DNA of 64,000 nucleotides. Source: an uncultured Mollicutes bacterium (GTDB lineage: Bacteria; Bacillota_I; Bacilli_A; RFN20; CAG-288). This document shows, in pieces, positions 10,237 to 18,884 of this stretch. Each line of letters opens with the position of its first letter. Position 1 is the stretch's first letter. The stretch spans positions 90,789-154,788 of the forward strand of contig UQDS01000003.1 in NCBI GenBank assembly GCA_900539865.1. Reading direction: 5' to 3'. The notes beneath the pieces were generated by a model. That model was not told the origin of the DNA and made no database searches. It worked only from the letters and a program-made list of their open reading frames with translations. A program made the translations under genes and the position numbers.

Positions 10237-10452
10237 TTATTTCCTTTCTTCATTCTCTCTCTTTTTAAACACAGCGTAAACATAACGTAAAACTACCAAA
10301 CCAATCATGCCTAAAATCATAAAAACAAGGCAGACAATCGCACCTGCATTTAATACACCGCTATCTTTTACAAGAAAAATCATTCCCAATAATCCTGCAA
10401 TGATAACAGCAACTGTAAAATAAAGAAGCGCTTGATACACAATTTTTTTCAT
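10237..10452 (-). CDS. small membrane protein (two TM helices), likely co-transcribed with the GH3 gene
   Basis: It is 71 aa and hydrophobic. Its stop codon lies 2 nt upstream of the GH3 start. Confidence 0.45.
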   Translation of the reverse strand: MKKIVYQALLYFTVAVIIAGLLGMIFLVKDSGVLNAGAIVCLVFMILGMIGLVVLRYVYAVFKKRENEERK

Positions 10453-10490
10453 AATATCATTTTAAACTAAAAAAATATAAAAACAAAACA

Positions 10491-10525
10491 TAAAAAGAGC
10501 TGCGATAATACGCAGCTCTTATTTT
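10491..10525 (-). terminator. rho-independent terminator downstream of the lipoprotein gene
   Basis: The hairpin agagctgcg-ataata-cgcagctct is flanked by A and T runs. Confidence 0.6.
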
Positions 10526-10537
10526 AAATGATTTCTA

Positions 10538-12358
10538 TTAGGCGGCAGGAGAGAAAGCAGCGACAGCAGCTTTGATCTTTGCATCGATCGGGTTGATCTT
10601 AGCGCAGCCTTCCATATTGAAGCTGAACGGAACTAAGACATAACCGCCGTTGAATAAACCGCAGCTGACATCGACATTAGTGACAACATAATCACCTGTT
10701 TCACTCTTGGTGAGAGTAGGAGTAAATTCAGTCAAATATCCATCGAATGTCCAGCCCTTTTCTTTGCAGATTTCCGGAACAGTCATGCCATAGAAACCAG
10801 AAGCAAAGTCATCAGAGACAATCTGATTTCTAGAAATGTAGACATTACCAGAACCAGACTGATTCGGATATTCAGTGAATCCGTAAAGGACAGCCTGATT
10901 TTCTTCCTTGAAGGTGTTGTAGCTGGAAGGATACGGGATGAGATCCTTAACAGTACCCTTTCCAAGAGTCTTATCAACAACGACAACTTCCTGTGCTTCA
11001 TCAAGGTAGAACGGGTAGAGAGAATCGCCTTTATTGACGAAACCATCGACCTTAGAAACGCCTAATTGATTAGCAATGCTTTGGAAGTTGTACATACCGA
11101 CATTGTAGAGATAATCAGCGGTATGATAAGCGCCCATGGTTTCACCACCAGAAGTCATATTGAGGTAGAAGTCATCCTTTAAGAAAGAATCTTTGATCTT
11201 GGAAACAGTGGCGTTAAGAGGCGGTAATTCGACATTGACAGAAGCGGCATAATCGGTAAATCTAGTATCTAAAACGGTGGAACCGACATCAGATAAAGAG
11301 GCAGTGAATAACTTCTTTTCGTGGTTTTCTAATTGAATAGTGACAGAGTTATCACGATTGACTGTCAAGGTAGTGTTGACTTTAACAGCGATATCCTGAG
11401 CGGTGTAAGAAGTGATTCCGTTGTCTTTAAGATATTGTTCAAGACCGGTAGGATCGATGAGTTTCCAAAGCAACGCTTCGACCATAGCGGAATTGAATTC
11501 ACTTTCTGTTCCGACAATTTCGTAAGTGTTGGACGGATCCTTTTCAGCGGTGAGCCACTGCGGGTTGATCGCCTGGATACCATAGAAGCTGCTATCGACA
11601 TCCAACCAAGAAGCAGCTTGGAGACCTAAGCCTCTAAAGTTGTCCTTGTTCAACGGACCAACACCCTGACCTTGCGCGCTGATACCAGTGTTGTAAAGGC
11701 CGGTGGAATCTTCCATGAGGTAGAAAGCATCACCAGTGGTATCGATGGCAAGACCGTATAAATTGACGGTGCCGTGATCCTGAACATCTTCGACAACATA
11801 GTTTGCAGTGCCGTCACCCTTAGTAGCAGTGATACCAGCATCGGTGACTTTGACAATGTTGTGAACATCGCCGTTTTCATCCTTAGAAGTAAGGGTGTAG
11901 TTGGTGTTGCCAACTGCTTTCTTCCAAGCCTGACCTAAGTTGTAAAGAGGACGGATAACTTCAACTTCTGTAGAAGCGGTGATTGCCGGATTTGCCATAG
12001 AAGTAGCGATGATTTTCGCTTTGCCGATGGTCAAACCTTTAACGTTGATAGCAATGACACCTTCTGTCATTTCAGGAAGCTGAACGATTTCGCCATCCTG
12101 TTCGACAGTGAAAGAACAAGTGAGGTTAGAAGCACCGGGAATGGCAACTTTAACACGAATAGAAACAGTGTTGTTTCTTTCGACGACATAAGAATCCTTG
12201 AGGAATGTGATTTTTCCTGCAACAGGGTCGGTTGTCGGTTCAGTGACGCTCGGTTTTTCAGTGACACTTTCCTTGTCTGTTTCCGAGGTTCCGCCACCAC
12301 AAGCAGCAAGTGTAGTCAAGGCGACTAAACTAAGAATTAAAGAACTTTTCTTTTTCAT
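10538..12358 (-). CDS. surface lipoprotein with bacterial Ig-like (Big_2) domain, function unknown
   Basis: It has a signal peptide with a lipobox (LAAC-GGG) and a Big_2-like segment, and is 606 aa long. It lies adjacent to the GH3 gene. Confidence 0.6.
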   Translation of the reverse strand: MKKKSSLILSLVALTTLAACGGGTSETDKESVTEKPSVTEPTTDPVAGKITFLKDSYVVERNNTVSIRVKVAIPGASNLTCSFTVEQDGEIVQLPEMTEGVIAINVKGLTIGKAKIIATSMANPAITASTEVEVIRPLYNLGQAWKKAVGNTNYTLTSKDENGDVHNIVKVTDAGITATKGDGTANYVVEDVQDHGTVNLYGLAIDTTGDAFYLMEDSTGLYNTGISAQGQGVGPLNKDNFRGLGLQAASWLDVDSSFYGIQAINPQWLTAEKDPSNTYEIVGTESEFNSAMVEALLWKLIDPTGLEQYLKDNGITSYTAQDIAVKVNTTLTVNRDNSVTIQLENHEKKLFTASLSDVGSTVLDTRFTDYAASVNVELPPLNATVSKIKDSFLKDDFYLNMTSGGETMGAYHTADYLYNVGMYNFQSIANQLGVSKVDGFVNKGDSLYPFYLDEAQEVVVVDKTLGKGTVKDLIPYPSSYNTFKEENQAVLYGFTEYPNQSGSGNVYISRNQIVSDDFASGFYGMTVPEICKEKGWTFDGYLTEFTPTLTKSETGDYVVTNVDVSCGLFNGGYVLVPFSFNMEGCAKINPIDAKIKAAVAAFSPAA

Positions 12359-12610
12359 ATTATTTCTCCTTCTTCGAAGACATGGTTTATTTCATATAAT
12401 CAATATTATGTCAAACCATGTACAACAAATCATATCACAATTTTAAAAAAACAATAATCGTGCGCTTTTCACGTCCTTTTATCCTTTTTTTATATTTTTT
12501 AGCATTTTTATGCAAAAAAAGTGTTTTTTTATTTTGTTTTAATATTTTTGCCTTTTTTTAAGAAAAGAACAACAAACCTTTTTTGATTGTAAACGCTTAC
12601 ATTTGTTTTA

Positions 12611-12646
12611 AATGAAGAAAACTGCCCCGATAGAGACAGGGCAGTT
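12611..12646 (-). terminator. rho-independent terminator of the opp operon
   Basis: The hairpin aactgccc...gggcagtt is followed on the minus strand by the T-rich tract tttcttcattt. Confidence 0.55.
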
Positions 12647-12658
12647 TATCGTCGAAAA

Positions 12659-13951
12659 TTAGTTTTCCTTTTGAGCAAGGAGTTCATCATCTTCTTCGAT
12701 CATCTTGTGATACTTTTCTAATTCGGCAGTATTCGCAAGAATGAAATGACCGGGAAGAATTTCATGAAGTTTCGGTTTTTCCACCGAATAATCATGTTCC
12801 GTACTCGGATTATAGACAATTCTTTGTCTATCTTTTTCCGAAAGCGGATCGGGCTTAGGAATAGCAGAAAGCAAAGCTCTGGTGTAGGGGTGAAGCGGAT
12901 GGCGGAAGAGCTCTTCGCTTGTCGCTAATTCAACCATCTCGCCAAAGTACATAACGGCGATACGATCGCAGAAGTATTTGACGACAGAAAGGTCGTGCGC
13001 GATGAACATCAATGTCAATCCGTGATTTACTTTCAAATCATTAAGAAGATTAATAATCTGAGCGCGGATAGAGACGTCCAAAGCAGAGATCGGTTCGTCA
13101 CAGATGAGGAATTCAGGATTCATGATAATTGCACGAGCAATACCGATACGCTGTCTCTGACCGCCAGAGAATTCATTCGGATAACGAGAACAATAATCCG
13201 GAAGCAAACCGACTTCTTCTAAAACTTTACAAGCTTTTTGGTGGTTCTCTTCACGGTTGGTGAATCCTTGAATCTTCAAGCCTTCCTGAATGATATCTTC
13301 GACAGTCATACGAGGGTCGAGAGAGTCAATCGGATCTTGGAAGATCATCTGCATCTTACACTGCAATTGACGTGAGACATTTCTGTTATCATGACGAATC
13401 TGAGCAATTTTCTCTTTTTGGACCTTGACAACTTGAGCAAGTTCCGCATTGAGCTTTGCTACCTTTTCATCATATTCTGCCTTTACTTTTTTAATCGCCT
13501 CTTGTCCTTCCAAACTGGAATTGTCCATATCGGCGATGATGGAATATTCTTCTTGACGAAGCTCGTGAATGGCATTTTGTGTCTTGATACGTTTCCACTT
13601 GATTTCTTTTTCGTTCCAACGGCTTCCTGCATTGATACGGTAACCTTTGAAGTAAACAGAACCCGAAGTGATTTTGTGAAGACCGATGATGCTGCGACCA
13701 GTTGTTGTCTTACCGCAGCCTGATTCACCGACAACGCCGAAACATTCACCCTTCTTGATGTCGAAAGAAAGATCGTGAACAGCTTTCAATCTCTTTCCAT
13801 GACCCAAGGAAAAGAACATTTTCAAATGTCGGACAGAGAGAAGAATGTCGTTTTGAACAAGTTCAGGTTTGAACTTTGTATCGCAAACAATTTCATCTCC
13901 GTTGGCAAAAGTGCCTTGGTGTTTTTCTTTTTTATCTATCATCTTCGACAC
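12659..13951 (-). CDS. oppF: oligopeptide ABC transporter ATP-binding protein OppF (with ~100-aa insertion between Walker A and signature)
   Basis: Walker A (GESGCGKTT), signature (FSGGQRQRIGIARA), Walker B (LICDEP) and a C-terminal oligopeptide-type extension are present. Confidence 0.85.
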   Translation of the reverse strand: MSKMIDKKEKHQGTFANGDEIVCDTKFKPELVQNDILLSVRHLKMFFSLGHGKRLKAVHDLSFDIKKGECFGVVGESGCGKTTTGRSIIGLHKITSGSVYFKGYRINAGSRWNEKEIKWKRIKTQNAIHELRQEEYSIIADMDNSSLEGQEAIKKVKAEYDEKVAKLNAELAQVVKVQKEKIAQIRHDNRNVSRQLQCKMQMIFQDPIDSLDPRMTVEDIIQEGLKIQGFTNREENHQKACKVLEEVGLLPDYCSRYPNEFSGGQRQRIGIARAIIMNPEFLICDEPISALDVSIRAQIINLLNDLKVNHGLTLMFIAHDLSVVKYFCDRIAVMYFGEMVELATSEELFRHPLHPYTRALLSAIPKPDPLSEKDRQRIVYNPSTEHDYSVEKPKLHEILPGHFILANTAELEKYHKMIEEDDELLAQKEN

Positions 13952-15647
13952 CTGCCCTTTCTAAACTTTTCTCAATACGATTGCTGACAATCTTCGGCAT
14001 GACAGCCTTAGGGGCTCTTTCATCTAAGAGCCATGTCGCGGCGTAATGAGTATCGGAAATTTTGAAGAACGGAGGTTCCTGCTCAAAGTCGATCTGCATC
14101 GCGTATTTGTTACGCGCTGCAAAGGCGTCACCTTTGGGAGGATTGAGCAAGTAAGGAGGGGTTCCCGGAATCGCTTCTAGTTTTTCTTTTGAATCCAAAT
14201 CAGGAATGGAAGAAAGAAGCGCCCAGGTGTAGGGATGTCTTGGATCATAGAAGATCTCATAGGCAGTACCGACTTCAACAATCTTACCGGCGTACATAAC
14301 AGCGACACGATCAGCCATGTTAGCAACAACACCCAAGTCATGAGTGATGAAGATGATGGACATATTACGCTCTCTCTTGAGCTTGTTTATCAACTCAAGA
14401 ATTTGTGCTTGAATCGTGACGTCTAACGCCGTTGTCGGTTCATCGCAGATTAAGACATCCGGATTTGCGGTAAGAGCAATTGCGATAACAATTCTCTGTC
14501 TCATACCGCCAGAGAATTCAAAGGGGTATTGTTTGAAGCGGATTTCCGGTTGCGGAATACCGACTTCTCTCATGACCTCTAAGGCTTTCGCTTTTGCCTG
14601 TTTTCTTGTGATCTTGAAGTTTTCTTTATAGCGTTCCTTACAGGCAGAAACCTTTTTCGCAAGCTCTCTCTTCTCTTCACGATAAGTGACAAAGAGACGC
14701 TGTGCTTTGAGTTCTTCCGCTTCTTTCTCATACACTGCCTTCTTTTCGGCTTTGTAATTGCGGATATACTCATCGGCTTCTTTTGTTTTTTGATTTAACG
14801 CGGCTTTTAAAGCAGGAATTTCACTCTTATAAAGAGCGTCTGCTTCCTTCTTCTTCGCCTTGTTTTCTAAACTGATACGTTGATGTTCTGCTTTCTTCTT
14901 AGCAAGAATATCTTTCTTTTGCAGTTTAACTTCGTTTTTAAGAGCGGTGACTTTTGCCATCGCCTCTTCATACTCAGCGCTTCCTTTGGAATGTTGATCC
15001 GTTTCAAAGACAGCTTCATCGATTTTTCTTTCCAAAGCCAAGATTTGTCTGTTGAAAATTTCATCCGAGACATCTAAGGCGTGATCGCACTGGATGTAAA
15101 CGTTCTTTTTTCTGATTTTGCAGTTTTTAAAAGCGGCGAATTCTTTAGAGATGTAGCTATCTTTCATTCTCTTAACGAGATTTCCGCTAACTAACATCGC
15201 TTCTGTAATCTGCTTTCCTACTTTCATAATCGGATTTAAAGAGGAAAGAGGATCTTGGAAGATCATACCGATTTTATGACCGCGAATACGGTGGAATTCC
15301 GATTCATCAATCTTAGTCAAATCTTCACCTTCATAGATGATGCTTCCTTGTTCAATGACAGCAGAAGCAGAAAGAATACCCATGATTGTTTTGGAAGTGA
15401 CAGATTTACCGGAACCGGATTCACCGACAATGCATAAGGTCTCGCCTTTGTAAAGATCAAAGGAGACACCTCTAACCGCATGGACAAGACCTTCATCTGT
15501 CTTGAAAGACACGTGTAAATTCTTACAAGAGAGAATCGGTTCTCCGCCTTGTTCTGATTTTAACAATTCTGAGAGTTTCTTACCTCTAACACCTTGGGTA
15601 TCTGAAGAGTTGGAAACTTCATTTAAATTTTTAATTTCGTTTTCCAT
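13932..15647 (-). CDS. oppD: oligopeptide ABC transporter ATP-binding protein OppD with ~200-aa K/E-rich coiled-coil insertion
   Basis: Walker A (GESGSGKSVT), signature (FSGGMRQRIVIAIAL) and Walker B (LICDEPTTALD) are present. It overlaps oppF by 20 nt. Confidence 0.85.
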   Translation of the reverse strand: MENEIKNLNEVSNSSDTQGVRGKKLSELLKSEQGGEPILSCKNLHVSFKTDEGLVHAVRGVSFDLYKGETLCIVGESGSGKSVTSKTIMGILSASAVIEQGSIIYEGEDLTKIDESEFHRIRGHKIGMIFQDPLSSLNPIMKVGKQITEAMLVSGNLVKRMKDSYISKEFAAFKNCKIRKKNVYIQCDHALDVSDEIFNRQILALERKIDEAVFETDQHSKGSAEYEEAMAKVTALKNEVKLQKKDILAKKKAEHQRISLENKAKKKEADALYKSEIPALKAALNQKTKEADEYIRNYKAEKKAVYEKEAEELKAQRLFVTYREEKRELAKKVSACKERYKENFKITRKQAKAKALEVMREVGIPQPEIRFKQYPFEFSGGMRQRIVIAIALTANPDVLICDEPTTALDVTIQAQILELINKLKRERNMSIIFITHDLGVVANMADRVAVMYAGKIVEVGTAYEIFYDPRHPYTWALLSSIPDLDSKEKLEAIPGTPPYLLNPPKGDAFAARNKYAMQIDFEQEPPFFKISDTHYAATWLLDERAPKAVMPKIVSNRIEKSLERAGVEDDR

Positions 15648-15648
15648 A

Positions 15649-17823
15649 TTATTCAGATCCTTTCAATGACGGGTTAAAGGCATCTCTTAAACCGTTACCA
15701 AACAAGTTAAAACAAATCATCAATAAGGATATGATGACAGCAGGAATCATCATCTGATACGGATAAACCGAAAGGTTTTTCTGAGCATCAGAGAGAATGA
15801 CACCTAAAGAGGAAAGGTTCTGGAGACCCAAACCTAAATAAGAAATTGTTGCCTCAGAGAAGATGGTGCTAGGAATCATTAAAACAGAAGAGGTGATAAT
15901 CGGACCGACTGCGTTAGGAAGAATGTGACGGAAAATCAATCGCGGAGCACTTGCGCCTAGCGTTCGTGCTGCAAGGACATATTCTCGCCCTTTATATCGG
16001 TAGAATTGTGAACGTGTAATCGATTCTGTACCAATCCAACCAGTAAGACATAAAGCAAGAGCAAAGACAAAGAAGTTTTGTCCTAACTTAATACAGAGAA
16101 CAGTCATCAAGACAATCCACGGAATACCGACTAAAATATCGGTAAAACGTTCCATCATCAAGTCAACCCAACCGCCGAAGTAACCGGAGATAGAGCCCCA
16201 AAGGACACCGAAAGCAATGTTGATAAGTGCAACTAAAGTACCTAAGAGCAAGGAGGTTCTCAAACCTGCAAAAACATTCTTAAGAACATCTTTTCCTTCT
16301 CTATCTGTACCAAAGAGATGAAGCGGCATCGATTTATATCCTAAATACTTGTACATTAAGACAGTACAGCTGAGAGAATAAACCTTGTTGCCATGAGCAT
16401 CGACACTCGAAGTTTGCTTTTCTACAGATTGAACGAAGACTTCACCGGAATTCTGTCCTGCTTCCGTAACTTTGAAAGTTCTCGGGGCATCGACATTGTT
16501 TTTGCTGAAGTCATATTCGACATATCCGTTATCAACCCATCTTTGGATGGTAGAACCATCGATGGTGATATCTTTACGAATGCCATATTGCATCGCATAA
16601 GAATCTAAAAGAAGATCACACTTAATAGAGCGGACATCAGAAGCGTCGAAACGGGAATCAGAGATAGAGGACCAATAACTATCATTGGGCTTACCGTTGA
16701 TTTCCTTTTCCTGAAGGACCATGGAGTTTGCATCCTTGATCTTATCGCCTTCATTACCGAAGCTACGGTTTTTAAGAGCGTATCTTTCGATGACAGGCAA
16801 TTGTCCACCCGCATTAGTAGTACCGGAGATATTGAAGTCTTTTAAGAAGAATTCAACTTCTTTCTCAGCATCAGAGTGAATTGCAAAACCAACAGAGAAA
16901 GGTTTGCTTGTAACAGCAGTATCAATCGCTGCTGTTGTAATCAACTCATTCAAAGAGACATTTTCAACTGTCTGATGAGGAGTGATTGTCATATCCTTAT
17001 TTTCTTTTTGACCGGTCGGACCATAATCTGTAGTGAATTCCTGAAGCGGATGAATTAAGCCGTTGTTATCGACAAGGCAAAGCGCATATTCTGGCTTCTT
17101 GGTGTCACCAACATCTCTTGTACCTAAAGTATAAGAAACAGTGTATTTGTTGTTTTCTAAGTCAAAATTAGTCTTAGAGAAAACCATATAACCGGTTTGA
17201 ACATTTTCCGGAGACGGATTTTTATTGATGGTAGCATAACCACCAGATCCGCTAGAAGTAGCGAAATCAACAAATCCTTCAGAGATGTTCTTAATGTCAA
17301 GAATGACATTTGGATCATCGTACTCGCCGATGTATTTGTTGTAATTGATGTTGCCATCCGCATCTAATTCATAAGGAAGAGACTGATTCTTTGCAACGCG
17401 TGTGCCATCCCAAAAACCTGTACCGGCAGGGAAGAGCTTCATCGGAAGGTTCGTCTCATAATTATGTTTGTTTTGAATATCGTAAGGCAACGTTTGGATG
17501 GTGACTCCGCCGACGTTGATTTCGAAAGGAAGAATAATTGCAAAGGCGAAGAGCACACCTAAAATGATACCCGCAACAACAGAAGATTTGCTCTTGCGGA
17601 AACGACGGAAGGCGTCTTTAAAGAACGTCGTAGGACGCGTGGTGAATTTTGTATCGTGGATTTTCTTATCCTGCTGCACGAAGACAAAGCCCGAATCATT
17701 GGCTTGTTTTCCGTGAGCGTCCGCACCTTTTTCACCAGCGTTGAATGTGAATTTTGCCGACTCGTTAGAAGTAGAATTCTTGTTATCAAGTGGCAGATTG
17801 TTTTTCTTTTCGTTTTCCATCAT
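15649..17823 (-). CDS. oppC: oligopeptide ABC transporter permease OppC with ~450-aa extracytoplasmic insertion after TM1
   Basis: The C-terminal 230 aa form a BPD-transporter permease core. The gene is 724 aa in total and overlaps oppB by 4 nt. Confidence 0.8.
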   Translation of the reverse strand: MMENEKKNNLPLDNKNSTSNESAKFTFNAGEKGADAHGKQANDSGFVFVQQDKKIHDTKFTTRPTTFFKDAFRRFRKSKSSVVAGIILGVLFAFAIILPFEINVGGVTIQTLPYDIQNKHNYETNLPMKLFPAGTGFWDGTRVAKNQSLPYELDADGNINYNKYIGEYDDPNVILDIKNISEGFVDFATSSGSGGYATINKNPSPENVQTGYMVFSKTNFDLENNKYTVSYTLGTRDVGDTKKPEYALCLVDNNGLIHPLQEFTTDYGPTGQKENKDMTITPHQTVENVSLNELITTAAIDTAVTSKPFSVGFAIHSDAEKEVEFFLKDFNISGTTNAGGQLPVIERYALKNRSFGNEGDKIKDANSMVLQEKEINGKPNDSYWSSISDSRFDASDVRSIKCDLLLDSYAMQYGIRKDITIDGSTIQRWVDNGYVEYDFSKNNVDAPRTFKVTEAGQNSGEVFVQSVEKQTSSVDAHGNKVYSLSCTVLMYKYLGYKSMPLHLFGTDREGKDVLKNVFAGLRTSLLLGTLVALINIAFGVLWGSISGYFGGWVDLMMERFTDILVGIPWIVLMTVLCIKLGQNFFVFALALCLTGWIGTESITRSQFYRYKGREYVLAARTLGASAPRLIFRHILPNAVGPIITSSVLMIPSTIFSEATISYLGLGLQNLSSLGVILSDAQKNLSVYPYQMMIPAVIISLLMICFNLFGNGLRDAFNPSLKGSE

Positions 17824-18872
17824 GCCGCCTTAGCTCCCATTCTGATTCGAGGATCGACAATACCATAACTTAAGTCAACTAAAAGATTGGCAAACAAACC
17901 GATAACCGTGTAGATTGCCATGTCAACAAACAAGACGTTGTAGTCTTTCTTGGAGATGCAGTCAACAAACAACGTACCAATGCCAGGAATACCATAAAGC
18001 TGTTCCAAAACCATAGAACCGGAGAGAATACCCACGAATTGACCGATGATCATAGGAACAATCGGAACCAAAGAGTTTCTCATTGCGTGTCTGACGACGC
18101 ACTGGCTCTTAGAAAGACCTTTTGTTCTTGCCAAAAGCAAGAAATCGGAAGACATGACTTCGCAAAGCTCTGCACGAGTATAGCGAGTAAATGCTGCAAT
18201 AGAACCAAACGACAGCGACAGAACAGGTATGACATAACCTGCCGCTCTTTCACCAAATGCGACATCTGCGCCCGTTGGCCATTGGCTAGGTAACCATTGT
18301 AAACGGAAACAAAGTAATAACATCAAAAGAGAAATGACAACGAAAGACGGAACAGAAATCATAACCATAACTAATGTGGAAATGACACCGTCTGTCGCCT
18401 TGTTCTTTTTCAAAGCTGCCCAGATACCTAAAAGGAAGCCGAGCGGAACAGAAACAAGCATCGCGAAGATATTGACCTTAATCGAGGGTCCAAGTCTTTG
18501 AGCGATGATATAAATTGCAGAAGAAGAAGGGGAAATCGCAGAAGAAACACCCCAATCCCATCTGGTGAAGATACCAGTTAACCAAGCGCCATACTGAAGG
18601 ACGATCGGCTTCTGATAATAATAATAGGTGAGACCAGTGGGGTCGTTATAGATAAGTTTGACTGGGCCATACCCGTCCGTTTCCTCTAAGAAACGGACGA
18701 AGTAACCCAGACGAACTTGTTCCATACAGTAAGCGTTTTGTGCGACTTCGCTTCCCATCATCGCTTCTCCTGGTAACATTTTTACCAGGAAGAAGGTGAT
18801 GGTTAAAATGATGAACGTTGCTGCAATCAACAATCCAATACGTTTTAACGTGTATTTAACAATATAAGGCAT
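17820..18872 (-). CDS. oppB: oligopeptide ABC transporter permease OppB
   Basis: It is a 350-aa polytopic permease with the EAA-like motif region (ARTKGLSKSQCVVRHAMRN). Confidence 0.85.
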   Translation of the reverse strand: MPYIVKYTLKRIGLLIAATFIILTITFFLVKMLPGEAMMGSEVAQNAYCMEQVRLGYFVRFLEETDGYGPVKLIYNDPTGLTYYYYQKPIVLQYGAWLTGIFTRWDWGVSSAISPSSSAIYIIAQRLGPSIKVNIFAMLVSVPLGFLLGIWAALKKNKATDGVISTLVMVMISVPSFVVISLLMLLLCFRLQWLPSQWPTGADVAFGERAAGYVIPVLSLSFGSIAAFTRYTRAELCEVMSSDFLLLARTKGLSKSQCVVRHAMRNSLVPIVPMIIGQFVGILSGSMVLEQLYGIPGIGTLFVDCISKKDYNVLFVDMAIYTVIGLFANLLVDLSYGIVDPRIRMGAKAA

Positions 18873-18884
18873 AAGGACAGACCT